Below are positions 39,091-52,818 of a stretch of DNA of 64,000 nucleotides, piece by piece; position 1 is the first letter of the stretch, and each line of letters opens with the position of its first letter. The notes under the pieces were generated by a model, which saw nothing but the letters and a program-made list of their open reading frames with translations, did no database searches and was not told the DNA's origin. Source of the stretch: Chiloscyllium plagiosum (lineage: Eukaryota); NCBI RefSeq assembly GCF_004010195.1, contig NC_057751.1, forward strand, positions 12,416,908-12,480,907. Direction: 5' to 3'. The position numbers and the translations under genes are program-made.

Positions 39091-41329
39091 CATTTTTCTT
39101 TCAGTTGCTTCCTTGCCATCAGGAAGTACTGGGGAGGATTAAACTGTTAAATCAGTGACAGCTTGTAATAGTTGAAAGGAGCCCTCTGCCAATTTGTTCC
39201 AGTCTGTGTATTCCTTCCACTTGTGGCTGAATGAAGCTCCAAAGGGTGAAGCCATCGATGATCTCTTTTCACTGCTCATTCAGTCGTGAACATCAGCACT
39301 TGTCCGAGAAGGGAGGTGGTTGTGTCTTCACTCTCAGGTAATGTCACAGACAGTGTTACAATGAAAATTTATTTTTCTTCCCGTTGCAAAGACTTGCTAA
39401 GCCATGCAGCAGTTTTAGCATGACGGAGCTCTTGGTTTAGAAAACAAAACTCTCCTTTGTGTGAAGCATGCATCAAGTCCCATTATTGAGCAGTTCTTAC
39501 GGTTGAATGTAGAAACTGTTTCCTTTCTAATGCAGCAATGAAGAGAGTTGAACCTTCTTCAGCATTTCAGAACCAGACAGAACTCATTTATGAAAGTCCC
39601 TCTATTTTGACAAACTTGGTTTTGCTTTTGGAGGCTGAGGCTGTCCGCAGAATGAGAGCAAGGTAGATTTCATTCCCTCTTGCTGAAGAGAACAAGGCAC
39701 AGTGAGCACGCTGCTTTGCTTAGATTACAGATTTCTCCATGGTGGAATGAGCATTAACCTCACAAGCACTGTTCTTTCTAAGGACAAGTTAACTTTGTAT
39801 TATTCTGAAATAGAAATGATTCAACTCCTGCAATTTCCAGTTCTTGAGTGACCACAAATGGAAAATCATAAAGACCCAATGTCCAGTATCTTGTCAATGT
39901 GAATATTCCTTCTTCATCCAGCTGTCTGTTATCCCACTTACATTTGAAATACCATAGTAGTACTCCCCTTCAACAGTATCTGCTGATGACATGATTCATC
40001 TGTGTTCATTAAACCTTTTGCAGCACTGCATCCAGATCCTTTGGACTTGGTTCCTGCCATTGAATTCCATAGGTATGTATCCCTTGTGCTTTCTGAGCTC
40101 ATTTTGGAAGGATCTTTTGGCTCTCTCCAGGCACAGGACATTCCTCCCTCCTTTGTAGTATTCGAAAAGCATGGAGTCTGTGCTGACTCCTGTGTTGTAC
40201 TATCCTTCACTATTCTGCAGATTAGATCGACTTTCTGCATAACTGCGAGCAGCAGCTCCAACCACAACCAAAGTATCCTGATGTTGGCCAAATGCATCAG
40301 CAGGGACCAATCAACAGAATAGTTAGCACTGTCTGGAGGGTGAACTTATAGAAACAGGCAGGTATTGCCAAACTAGCATGCTGCCTACACTGCAACCAAT
40401 TGTCATGAGTTAATCACCCCCACTTTTAGGCACTGTTGAGTTTAGCCCCTGCAATCACTCTTTGTATTCCCATTTGTACCGTACGTTTATGTAATACAAT
40501 TTCACATCTGTTTGTTGTTTTATGAATAAAGCTTGGACCTAACTCAACAAAAACAGCCAAGGAAGCCTACATGTAAGCAATGTTTCACAGTAACACAAAA
40601 CTTTTACCACACCACATGAGCACTGCCTGTAACTAAGAGCAGTCATCATTTGCCTATGACAAATGATGATGGCTTTTTGTGGACAGTCATATCATCCATA
40701 GATGACTTGCAAATATGTTAATACAACAAAAAGAACCAGAATTAGGACTAACTACTGCAACTGAGCTCAGGAGAAATTACATTTCTCTAACTTGCATCAT
40801 GACTCGGTTGATTTTTGTGCTTAATGGAAACTTCTTCCTGCAATACAAATGACTGGCATTTTCCTTGACATAACTCATCAGATCAGAATTTGGTACATTG
40901 ATCTATTTTTTTAATAGGAACATAGGATGAGTAAAGTAATAACTGGTTGCTTCATCTCTTCCTTATGGCTGTGGCAATGTCTTGCTGTGATGATTAAACC
41001 ATTGAGAATTAGCTGCAATTCTGAATTGAGGAAGTTGTGGCAGAATTTCCCTGTCTCACATTTGTTCAACATTTCTCTGTCTCCACATAGATAACAGACC
41101 AAGTGACAGAGTAGCACAAACCCTGAACTGGAGACATGTTGGGCTCGATTATGATAGGAAAATACTGATGAGGGCTCACGGATACCAGCTTCTCATGACC
41201 ACTCACCAGCAATTAGGCACAAAATTAGAGCTGTTGCAGTTCATGTTTTCATGTTCCTCTGTGAGCTTTGGGTGGGATTGCAATGCAGATTCACCAGAAG
41301 GGTACTTGGGTTGTGTGAATTAATTTTTC

Positions 41330-41546
41330 TGAAAATGTGTTGCTGGAAAAGCGCAGCAGGTCAGGCAGCATCCAGGGAACAGGAGAATCGACGTTTCGGG
41401 CATAAGCCCTTCTTCAGGTTCCTGAAGAAGGGCTTATGCCCGAAACATCGATTCTCCTGTTCCCTGAATGCTGCCTGACCTGCTGCGCTTTTCCAGCAAC
41501 ACATTTTCAGCTCTGATCTCCAGCATCTGCAGACCTCACTTTCTCC
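41330..41546 (+). mobile_element. Young palindromic Penelope-derived mini-element with 14 bp TSD
   Basis: TSD tgaattaatttttc at 41316-41329 and 41547-41560; 90 bp arms 41329-41418 / 41421-41510 with 2 mismatches. Confidence 0.95.
41390..41417 (-). ncRNA. Minimal hammerhead ribozyme core on the SFRP1 sense strand
   Basis: Minus strand reads CTGAAGA-A-GGGC-TTAT-GCCC-GAA-ACGT-C. Confidence 0.7.
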
Positions 41547-42053
41547 TGAATTAATTTTTCACCCAGAGAAACAGATACATTTAATGACTCTCCTTAAGCA
41601 TTGAAAATTCTTTGCAATCTTTTACTTTATCAATGTACAGCACAGAAAGAGGCTGGTGTGTTGATCCCATGGTGTATTTTGACTGCACCCAATCCTGCTG
41701 CCTCTCTAACTATGTCTTTCGCCATTCTCCTGCAACCCTTCCATTCCTTGGTGCTTTGTATGCATTAATCCTCAACTGGGACAGTTTTTCAATAACGTGT
41801 CAGCAAAATGATGTTCCAGAAAATAACTAGTGACATAAATAGGGAAATAACAGACTACGCTGAGATAAATCTTAGTCTATAAGAGTGCTGTAACCTGTCA
41901 GAGTTACCATGGAGCAACAACTCTCATTACTCTGGTAAAATCAATGTAATGGGCATCCACTTTCTTTAGCAGCTTCTCAAGTTTTGTTTTCATTTAAGTA
42001 TTACTGAACTTTTGAATTTGGTATTACTTCACTTGACAAATTTGAGCTTTTAC

Positions 42054-42288
42054 TGAAATAACTCCAAAGAAGCCAATATCCCATTACCAAGTCTCCTTTT
42101 ATTTACACGTGGAAAGACCTTTACAATGGTACAGCCTTTTTAGAGTCAACTCTTAGAGTGTCAGGATGTCTGACACTCTTGTTTTAATCTGTCAGCTAGG
42201 GCTCCATGAGTGGACAGGGTTAACAGCCCCAATCAGGGACCTCATATTCTGTGAGGTCAACCTGCATGACCTTGTTACAATTACTACA
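42054..42288 (-). mobile_element. Short solo LTR
   Basis: Minus strand TGTAGTAATTGTAAC...aataaaaggagacttgg...gagttatttCA; decayed flanks tttac/cttgc. Confidence 0.7.
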
Positions 42289-42644
42289 CTTGCTGTGTAA
42301 GAATATAGAAGATTGTTATTCTATTCAATTAAGTTATTTTAAATTAATATTTACAGTTATATTGCAGCCTCTAAAGACATCTCTTTCAGAGTTACCAGCA
42401 CCCATCCCTTCCCAAAGTACTTGCATTGCTGCGGGATAATCATGTTGAGTTGCTTCTGCCAACTCATGTCTCACCAATCTATAATACATGCCAAATTGTT
42501 CCAAAAGGTTAAATTGGAAAGTCAAAATTCCATGTGTTGGCTGGGGGAATATGAGGTAGGATGGATGTAATTTTGAGAGTAAAATAGGAAATTAAGAAAT
42601 CTGGACACTGAGCTCCCTCAGCTTTTCTATTTCTCTGCTTCTTG

Positions 42645-42990
42645 AAACCCTCACCATACAGATTGGATGCAGGGAAGATATGGTCCCTCTGCTGGACATA
42701 TCCAGAACAAGGGGTCATGATATGAGATTCCTGTCTAGATCATTTAAGACTGTGATGACGAGAAATCTCGTCACTTGAGTGATGGTGAATATGGGGAATT
42801 CTCTAACACAGAAGGCTGCATAGGCTAGGTCACTGAGTATGTTTAAGAAAACAGAAGATCAATTTCTACAGCCTAAAGGCATCAGGAGGCAGAAATATGA
42901 CATTGAGACAGAAAGATCAGGCACAATCCCATTGACTAGCTGAATGGGCATTTTGGGCCAAGTGACTTACTCTAGCTTCTATTTCTATCC
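42645..42990 (+). mobile_element. Old CR1 3' end
   Basis: tccagaacaaggggtcat..catttaagactgtgatga..ggccaagtgacttactctagcttctatttcta. Confidence 0.75.
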
Positions 42991-43539
42991 ATGTGGTAAA
43001 TGACCTATGCTGGCTCTGGGTTAATCAACAAATTGATCTTAAATTTCTTATCCTTGTTTGCAAATCACTCCACAGCCTCATCTTTCTGGCTCCATCTTGA
43101 ATCTCCCCATTGCTGCTCCCCTTCCTGAGAAACCTATGCTCATTTAAATTAGCCTCTTACGAGTTCCATTGTTTAACTCAGGTTGCCAACTCTGGCTGGA
43201 CATATTCCGGGATATGTTGGTAGAAATGGTGTCACAGGAAACTCCTGGAAGCAACATCATGGGAAAGCCACCTTGTGGGTACATGAGTACCTCCACTGTT
43301 GGGAACATCAGTTGAAAGACAGGGCTGTACCCCCAAATGGGCACTACAATGCAATCTGCTAACCTAAAATGGCAAGCTTTTGCAATGAACCGGGCAACAA
43401 ATTGGGTTTCTTAGCCACAACTTCCCATTGAATTGATCCTGTGTGTGGCTTCACATGAAGCTAAAAGGCCTTGTTCCACAGAGTGGGAGCTGCCATGCAG
43501 AGGTATTGAAAAATAACACACATCAAAGAAATTCAGAGG

Positions 43540-43860
43540 GAGGTGGTGATGAAAGTGATAATCTCATTGGAATAGTGATCCAGAACCTAAATTCAATATT
43601 CTGGGGTATGGGTCTAATCCCACATGGCAGATAGTGGAATTTGCTTTCAATAAAAATCTGGTAGAAAAAGTTAACCACGTAGCATAGAATCCCACAAATA
43701 GCCATTCAGTAAGGAAATCTTGTGGGTTTACCTGGTCTATTCTACATGTGACCCCAGACACACAGCAATGTAAAAAACTGTTAACTGCCTACCTGGCAGT
43801 TAGGGCAAGCAATAAGTGCTGGCCTAGCCAGTGATGTCCCATTCCCTGAATAACTTTTTT
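43540..43860 (+). mobile_element. tRNA-derived SINE (second family; related 3' half at 62.8-63.0 kb)
   Basis: aatcccacatggcag..aggaaatct..acctggtct..catgtgaccccagac..gggcaa..ataagtgctggcctagccagtgatgtcccattcc. Confidence 0.7.
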
Positions 43861-46141
43861 GAAAAGTGGGTATGTGCAACAACACTTTGATGAGAAATGG
43901 ATGATGCAATTTTTCTTCGCTTGAGGTGATGAGAGAAGGAGCGATAAGGGGAAATAATTGGGAGCAGTGATTGTGGACAGCATAAGCAAAGGGAGCACTG
44001 AGGGAGCACATACCTATAGATGTGCATATGCAGTGTCTGCTGCCTGTATTAAAGATAAGTGCTGACCAAACAAACATAGACGAGAGCTCCCGTTCACCCT
44101 CCCCTTTCCCCTGCTCCCTTTGTAATTGATGTTGCAGTTTACAATGATGTTGTCACCTACACGTGCAGGAAGGATGCTGGCAAGCAAGGGACGAGGTGAA
44201 TTCCAATCTGTCAGAATGCTTTTATTAACCAGCAGAAGATTGATGCTCTTTCGGGTTTTCTCCCTGTCAACCCTATTTCTAATTGCTGCAGCATTTGTGG
44301 ATGTAATTTCAGCTGCTCAGGCTCTAAGATCTGGAATTGTCTCCCTCTCTACTTCACTTTCTCATTTTTCATTGTCTGAGCTGATATCTCCTTTTGTGGG
44401 TCAGAGTCACATTTTGTGACAAAAGTTTCTGTGAAGCATGCTTTATTAAATTGAAGCCGCCATCTCAGTCGAAGCATTGATAGCAAGGGTGAACAACACC
44501 GTTGTTGAAATGGAAAGAAAATAACCAGAAAATATGAGAGAAAAAGAAAAGGAGACTTTGTAAATGTGTTTGAGATTGTTTGGTTGGCACTCCAGCAGCC
44601 AATTTTCACAAAGCAAGCTGCTGGAATTAATAATGTGATCATAGAACACATGCTCAACATGCATTGAGCATTGTGTGATTGTTAATACTCGATTCAGAAA
44701 ACAAGGAACCTGGTATATTCTCTAAGAAACTGAAAAGACAGTGAGATTGCATTGTCGAATATCAGAAAACAAGCTAAGATTTGAGGCAAAGTGAGAAAAA
44801 TATCCAACTGAGATGCTTGTTAAGTTATCCAAAGCTTTGATCTTCATCGTACTCCAGGCTAGAGAACAGCTTTCACAAGTGGAGCAGTTCCCACATGCCT
44901 CAAGAATGAAAGAGAACAGGAATCACAATGAAAAATACCAGATCCTCTTTTTCTCGACAAGCCTAACTCAGAGGGCAGAAGTTAAAAAAAGGGAGTTCTT
45001 GGAAATAAATGTACAGATGATGTGCTGAACCTTTATCTTGGAGAATACAAGACAAGTCAGACCAGTATGTCTCCTTCTCCAGATTCACTGATTCTTTTCT
45101 TCCTCTCACCCGGCTCCAGTGCCTTGTCTGAATGTGCATGCTTCAATTTTGAATTTAGACAGATATTAAATAAGCCTGTTTGACAGTGGAAGCTTCGCTG
45201 CTGAAGTACTACTAGTATTGTCTGCTATGTGTCCATAATGGCCTCATTCCATATTATGAGTTGTGCTATGATTCCAAAGCTGGTGCCATTCATGGCTTTC
45301 TATTCATTTGCCTGTGTAATATACAACATGACACTTGTATTCTGAGGTTAGGAATGAGACATACACATAAACGTATTTACATACTTGTGTTCTTGTTGAG
45401 TTGGAAATCATGACGTTTATGTACAAGACTAACAATTTACACCTCAACAATATCGCAGACTTGGGTTGGTTCTATGCTGATTGATACACCTGCATTTCCC
45501 AGGAGACATTCAACAGGGACATGACAAAGGGTATATTAATGAGGGGATGCCCCTGGTGCTGAAGCTCAATTGACAGGCCTATGGAAAAGAGAATTCACCA
45601 AGTGACAACATTTTAATGAATCACATTAATCATCAGGCAACTGAAGAATGTTGAATTGTGTCCCCTAACTTTGGCACTCAACTACACTCAGTCCTGTTTG
45701 GTCAGGCTCAATACTCTGTTACACATCCTCAGTGAACTTCACCTGATGTAATCACTTAAAGTCCACAGTGATATCAGGGATTCATTCTTGCCATGCTTTT
45801 AATAAACTACATATTTTATTATTTATAGTACTATTATTTATTATTTAGAAAATGGAAGAAGAATTCAACTTCAAATTCAATGACAGAAGTAGATCAATCA
45901 GCCATTGTAAATTTCACTCACTTGGTTTCTCCACTGCTGTCAATGGACAGGGCAGTTTGCTCGATGTATATAAATACACACCAATGGCTGTTTTTGTACC
46001 CATGCCAAGGTCAGGTTTCACCCAAAAATACATTTTTATTGCTCAAAAATATGCAATGTAGTTTTTGTAACAAAGTGGAAAAGCATGCTGCATTTCCAGA
46101 CAAAAATGAGCATTCTGAAGTATTTCTCTGCTGCAAACTTA

Positions 46142-46335
46142 GACTCATAGAGTCATAGAGATGTACAGCATGGAAACAGACCCTTCAGTCCAACCCGTCC
46201 ATGCCGACCAGATATCCCAACCTAATCTAGTCCCACCTGCCAGCACCTGGCCCATAGCCCTCCAAACCCTTCCTATTCATATACCCATCCAGATGCCTCT
46301 TAAATGTTGCAGTTGTACCAGCCTCCACCACATCT
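46142..46335 (-). mobile_element. Young CR1 3' end
   Basis: catagagtcatagagatgtacagcatggaaacagaccc.., nearly identical to the 31.4 and 35.5 kb tails. Confidence 0.92.
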
Positions 46336-49300
46336 CAATTTATGTGGCTTTCTTGAATGGAATTGTTGCCTGGCAGAAGGAAGCACTGCCAATTCATTCA
46401 GAGCTCTGAGCAATTTCTGAATTGTTATGGAAGGGTGTGCAGGGGAGGATCATTTACAAGAAAAACTATAATAAAAAGGGCAGTATGATCCATCTGAAAA
46501 AATGCCAAATTAATGTTTCTGTGATATGAAAAAACATTTATGATGAAGGTTGAATTGTGAGTGGATGGAAAACAATTGCATACTGTGATGGAAAGCTTTC
46601 AACAGTAATATTACGCAAGTTATTCATTGAAAATGGCAATTTATTGCATCACTGAAGGTACTGTACCATTTTTATAAAGAGGGAAGTGACTTCTGAAGCA
46701 GCAGTTTTCAAAATGGCTGAACATTTACATAACTTCACCTGACAATTTACAAGGCTATCAGAATGGAGTCAGAGTTTCTCAAATCAATCCACAGACACAG
46801 TCAAACTATCTGAATGTAAATGGCCCATTCCCGAAACCATTCACAAATATCTAGACATATTCATTTGTTGAGACAGGCAGGAACAAGCCATTAAACTCAA
46901 TCACCTTGGGCAGCAGACCCTGACTTGCAAGTAAACGCTGTGGCCCTGAAATGAAGGTTTCCCAACTTGCTCTGACTGTATCTGGTAACTGACTAATTTG
47001 TGAATGAATGTCATGCGAATCAGTAAGCCAGCTCTTTGTGTTTTAAGATACTGCTGCTTTTCCACAGTCAGAGACCAGAAAGACTTCAAGTGGGTGACAG
47101 CAGAAAGGGCACTTGCAGTCTCGTTGATTCTCTCTGCAACCATCCTAAAAAGTTTGTATCCTGCTTCTCTATGGCAAGCTAACCACCAGGCTGAATTTTC
47201 AACATTAAGCAAGCAGTTGCTGACTCTGCAACAAAGGACAGATCATCCATCAACCTTTCCAATCATCCTGCTGCATAATCCAGAAGATCACAAAGTCGGT
47301 ATGTAATTATCCTAATCATCAATCTACAGGATGGCTTTACTTTGTGAGCCTTACGCAATTTAACTCACTCTCCCTCATTGTAACAGGTGTATGTCATGTT
47401 AAGTACAACAAATAGTATTGCCTTTTCTTTGGGAACTGTCAAAATAAATCGCAGCACTTCATCACTTAAACAGTCATTGAATTGGCAAGCAAATTATTTT
47501 AAAGACACCAGCTGCAGTCAATTCAGATTTGTCAGCCGTTCTATCACCCCTCACCTGGACTGAGTAATAGATTATGAGGAGACAAAGAGGATTGATTTGT
47601 TGATTACTTTTCACTTTTATTTTCCAAACGTAACACAAAAATTGGCATTCTTGAAAAACTCATCAACTAAAACCTTTTCAGTCCTTCATTCAGCTGATCA
47701 AGTGAACTCTTGGTACAAGAATTTGAAACTTGTTAAAAAATCAATTTTCCACCTATGTTTGCTTTCTTCATGGTCCACGAACAGTGACTCATGCTGGGGC
47801 TTGATTCTACAGGTGTTGTTCATAGTCCATTACCTGCCAGATATTCTCAACATTGAACAATCAGTTGGATTATTCAGTGTTCAGCATCTGGGGCTTCACA
47901 ACCAAGTCCAATCATGTCCTCAGCTGACATCCACACAGTGGTGTATTACAGCAAGGAGATACTGGATGTTCTTCAGGAGAGGAGATTGATCCTTCTGGTA
48001 TGGACTTGAAATAATAGTCAAGGCAAGAGGAATGATCATTTGTAAAAACTAAGTAATTAATTCAGCAGCAGTGAATGTTAATGCAATCCCTTCACACAGT
48101 CAAATACTAAATAATCCCTCCCACCTATACTGTCCCAAAAATGCAACCATTTAATTACATATTTCAAAGGATAATTTCCTACACAGCGACAAACTGATTC
48201 TTTTTATGTGATTTGTTGACACTAGGGAAAACTCAGTTCACTTTTTCACTTAAGTGATGTCAAAAGTTGGCACAAGAATTTGTAACAAACTGCCCCATGG
48301 CACACAGGAAAGAGATGTCACTGCACTCTGGGTTGGTTTGAAATTCCCTTCCTTGTATTTTGAAAAAGGCCATCAACAAATGTAAATAAATCAGATGAAG
48401 TTCAGATAGCAGATACAGAAATGTCATATTTACTGATTTGCTTCCAGTGAAGCAGAGAACCTTTTCAACCCAATTGAGTTTGATGTGATATCCAACTCAA
48501 GTCCCTGCAAGCAAGTGAAGTAGTCTGCCAAATATTTCATTTTGGTGTGTCCCTTTAAAGTGTGATTGAAAATATAAAATAATATTAAAAAGGCTGCTAG
48601 AGTCCATCACAAACTCCTTGCAATACTTATTTCTTGAAAGGGGCCAAGACAGTGAACTGTTGTAGTCAAGGTACTTTTGGACTCTTTCCATCTCAGAGGA
48701 AATCTGGAATCACTTTTCAGCCCCTTAAATATAAATTTTGTCCTGTTGTCGGAATCACTTAGAAGTCTGCAAGATAATGGTGTCAGAAATATTGATTTTC
48801 GATAATATTGGGATGCCTAGCTACTGCTTTGAAGACTGTTTCATACTGCCTTTTCTGCACTATATCAGTATGTTGATAACTATCTCTGTTGGTTTCTCCT
48901 TTTCCTGAATCAGCAAATTATAACATTCTGCGTGCTTGGAAAGGTCAATGTGATCTTTTGTTCCTAGTAAGGAGAAGTAATCAAATCCATACACAATCAG
49001 TAATGATTGATGTCTTTATTTTTCTCATATTTCAACCCATCAATTCATCAGTTGGCATCTGACCATCTTATTCCAAGGCTTGCCACTGCTGGTAATCCGC
49101 ATGCGAGCATTCCAGGCCTCTTATGATATTTTGTTCATTTGTTCACCTTCCTTGTGGGATTCACGGAGTTTACATTCAGATTAGCTCCCATTGTCAGCTC
49201 AATAACAGCAACTTAATTTCTCTATTTAGCAAGTAAACAAGAGAGTTCCTCCACTCTGTGACTAACATGCTTGAAACATTGGGCTGAATCTTCCCTTTTT

Positions 49301-49659
49301 ATGTGTAAGTGTCCATTTTGGTGAGCTCATGGACAGTTTCCGTCCACACGAGCTGGGGACTTGTCTCGTGCGATCATCCAAAACTACCTGTCCCAACCCT
49401 CGCATCCAATGCCGGCTTCTTTCTGCCACTCACCATAGCCGGAATATCCTGGAACAAAGCAGCATTGCTATTGACAGCGCTGTCTTTCAAAGGCCATTGT
49501 GCACTCAGCTAAGTGCTAACAGTCCGCCCACCCCTGCACAACGCCCAACATCGGCACCAGATGTAGTAGATAAGGGGAAATTGAAAGAGGAACATCCGCT
49601 CTGCTATCTGGAGTAATGACAAGCAGCAGAGCAAGAGAGTCATTGATCTTCTCTACTCA

Positions 49660-49789
49660 ACCACCACCCTCTATCTTCTTTCAGCTAGCCAATTTCTGAT
49701 CCAAACCGCTAATCATTCTCAATCCCATGCCTCCGTATTTTGTGCAATAGCCTACCATGGGAAACCTTATCAAACGCCTTATGGAAATT
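49660..49789 (-). mobile_element. Internal CR1 RT fragment (no 3' tail)
   Basis: ccatgggaaaccttatcaaacgcctt = reverse of KAFDKVSHG; ends at RVV. Confidence 0.8.
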
Positions 49790-49976
49790 CAGCTATGGAG
49801 CATGGAAAGCTTCAACAGCTGAGTCCAATAAAAATTTTGAGAGATTCATTTCACAACCATGTCCTGTTACACGAAAGAAGCATGATGCTCAAAAGTCCTG
49901 GACTTGACCTGACCCAAATGAAACAATAGTTGTGTGGGCCCTAAAATGACCTTAGATCCATTGGTCAATTCAGACC
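49790..49976 (+). repeat. Inverted repeat arm 1 (187 bp)
   Basis: Reverse complement of 51050-51236, about 5 mismatches. Confidence 0.95.
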
Positions 49977-51049
49977 ACATCTGCTGTATGCTGCATTTGC
50001 TCCTCCGACACAAGGACTTCAAGGTCGATTCTTCCTCAGATTCTTCTCACGATATTCTGAGTTTTCTTTCTTCACATATCACACTTGTTCTCAACTGCAA
50101 AAAAAGTTTCAAAGAGGCAACCTCAAGATGCACTCCCACCTTCCCAGTGCAATCTTGTCCTCTCAATTCATCTCTACAGTCCACTACTCTCAGACATTTG
50201 CTCTTTTTTTTGAACTTGCCACTTCTGAAACATTCCCATGCTTGTTAAACAAGGATTAATTAATTTTTTAAAACAAGTCAATTTAGGTGTGGAGAGCAAA
50301 ATAAAATTTAAAACAGCATTTAAATGTACACCTGCTTTGGAAGAGGGCAATTCCGACAAACAATTTATGATGCATTTTTAGTGACAGAAACAAAGCATGT
50401 TCTGACTGTATAGCATGAAGCTGAAAGGATTTGAAAGCTAAATGTGTCCATAGCATAGTCATACTGAACTATTCAGACATTGATAAGAGCCAAGGATTTT
50501 GAACAGACAATGAGCAGCAGAGTCATTGTGAAGACACATTTATATTCAAAGTCTGGCTTTTGGAATGCTGAAATGAAAATCCACTGGTACAAAAAATATA
50601 CCTTCTTGATGGTATCTTGTATTTAAATCATGTTGAGCAGTACTTAGGATGGAAGATTTTTCAACAGATGCTTTTGAAGTTTATTATTTGTCCAGCTGGT
50701 GTTGAAGAATTGAAACTGTTCATATTTGCATCAGGACAATAAATGTAAGCATTGAATCACCAATACACAATGCAACAAAGCAGTAGTTTGCAGCACTGAA
50801 CATGAACATTAACATCATTTTTAACACCCTAATGATTAAAACTTCACATTCCAAATGCATCTGTCGTCTTTAAACTTGAGATAACTGACATCAACTCTTT
50901 TTTTCCCTCACTTTAATGCTTAAGCCTTTGTTCCATTCATAATCACATTGCTATTTATGTGCAGCACTTCCAAATGCAGAGCTGCTATCTTGTTAGTTAT
51001 GAGTCCTTCCCTTTATGTGTAACCTCCAAGTGAGAGTTGGATCACTGTA

Positions 51050-51236
51050 GGTCTGAATTGACCAATGGATCTAAGATCATTTTAGGGCCCAGACAACTAT
51101 TGTTTCATTTAGGTCAGGTCAAGTCCAGGACTTTTGAGCATCGTGCTTCTTTCGTGTAACAGGACATGGTTGTGAAATGAATCTCTCAAAATTTTTATTG
51201 GACTCAGCTGTTGAAGCTTTCCATGCTCCACAGCTG
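51050..51236 (-). repeat. Inverted repeat arm 2 (187 bp)
   Basis: Reverse complement of 49790-49976. Confidence 0.95.
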
Positions 51237-52818
51237 GATAAACTAAATATTTGTTCTTTTCCTGGTGCCGTGCCACCTGCTGAGGCTGTCAAGCTGGAGG
51301 AGTAGAATTAACATGCACAGGCGAAATAAAGAGCTGCTGTACAGCCCCACCAACTTAATGGACTGTATCTCTGCACTGTGTTGACCTGCCACATGTTGTT
51401 AACGTCTGCTTACTCTTCTTTCAAGCTCATTCAGCCAGACTTGGTTCTCATCTCTTACTGATTAAAATAAAAATTTCAAATGAAAAAGAAGAAATGTCAC
51501 TCACTGATAACTTGATATAGTAAAGAGTTGCAGTTTGTGCCAATTGCTGAAAGAAATTAACTGAAGTCTTAGTGAACCTGTAAAATAGCAATTTTTGTTC
51601 ATGCAACATGTTATAAGTCGAGAATATATAAGACCAAGAGCTTTTATTTGCCCTTGAACTGGAGGCAGATGGGAGTGACAGGGGCTGCAATACAGGACAA
51701 TGTAAATAAAACAACTCACCTCTGAGACAAAATTCTTCTTTCACCTTCAACATCCAATTGATTTTCTTTGTAATTTCTCTTTTGTCACTTTATTTCATCA
51801 ATGTTACTGATATTATTTGCTACCTCTCAAGCTCTAACCACAATATTACCTGCATCCTCAATGTGACGAAAATTAAAATACTCTGACTGACACTTTGATG
51901 AAAGACTTCAAGCAGCACAAGAGAGGAGCTGCCTTCTGCAATTGGCATCTGTTTACGTACTGAACAGAAGCAGACTGGTGAGTACGGATAAGTTTTCCTC
52001 ATACTCTAATTATAGTAAATAGGTTCTAAAGTTGTCAAATGGTTGGTCAGCTCAGCCAAGTGCAGTGTACATTATGTAGTATGTGCGAAGTTATGGAGCT
52101 GCCGTGTCCCAGTCACATCTGCAGCTGCACAAGCATGAACTTTGGGTTTCAAGCTTGAGCAGTGGCTGAATTCACTGTTGTGGATGGTATATTTAGAGAA
52201 GTGGTTCCACCAAATGGTAGGCAGCAAGAGGATGGGTAACCATTAGGTAGGCATTGCAGGAGTCCTCTGAGTATTACCATGCTTGCTAATTGATGTTCAA
52301 TTTTGGGTGATGTTATAGTCTGAGGGCATCAATGTGACTCCAGGATAGTATGTTGCCTATCTGGTACCAAGTAAATGCTACAGGTTATTCTTCTGAAGTG
52401 TGGGTGATCAACCAGCGGTCATGGTTCAGGTTGGCACCAATGACCTAGGTAGGAATGGGAATGAAGATCTCAAGATTACCTCCAACCCCACATGCTATTG
52501 TCCTTCAAGAAATGAGTGATGAACACTGACCTTGGGGAGGGTTTAAACTAGATTGGCAGGGGGTTGGAACCTGAAGGCACATTCGGACCAAAAGATGAAA
52601 GGAAGAAACTAACCAAGTGTCTCTGAGAAAGGAAGCAGAGGCTAAAAAATATATAATACAAAAGGTGAACAGTATTAAAAGGTATATGTAAGGCATATAG
52701 TGAATAAAGTCAGTGAGCTGAGGGCACAGAGAGACATAATGCAGTTGGGTGTAGTATCATTATGGAAAAAGACAAAGATAGAATAGAAGTAAAATTTCTC
52801 AATTGGGTCATTGTAAAC

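Noticed and set aside
39938..40322. Overlapping 119 aa and 106 aa ORFs as host exons
   Set aside because: No recognisable homology or splice support
41330..41546. Classic DNA-transposon MITE or CRISPR-like repeat
   Set aside because: Asymmetric extra tail, TSDs of variable length (11-15 bp) across copies and identity with a PLE terminus point to retrotransposition; no repeat-spacer array
49278..49560. GC-richer patch as CpG island or promoter
   Set aside because: Short and only mildly GC-rich; more likely a decayed non-autonomous transposon that I cannot classify
51700..51760. Good minus-strand splice donor (gag|gtgagt) as an SFRP1 exon
   Set aside because: Upstream translation has no SFRP similarity; chance donors are common in long introns
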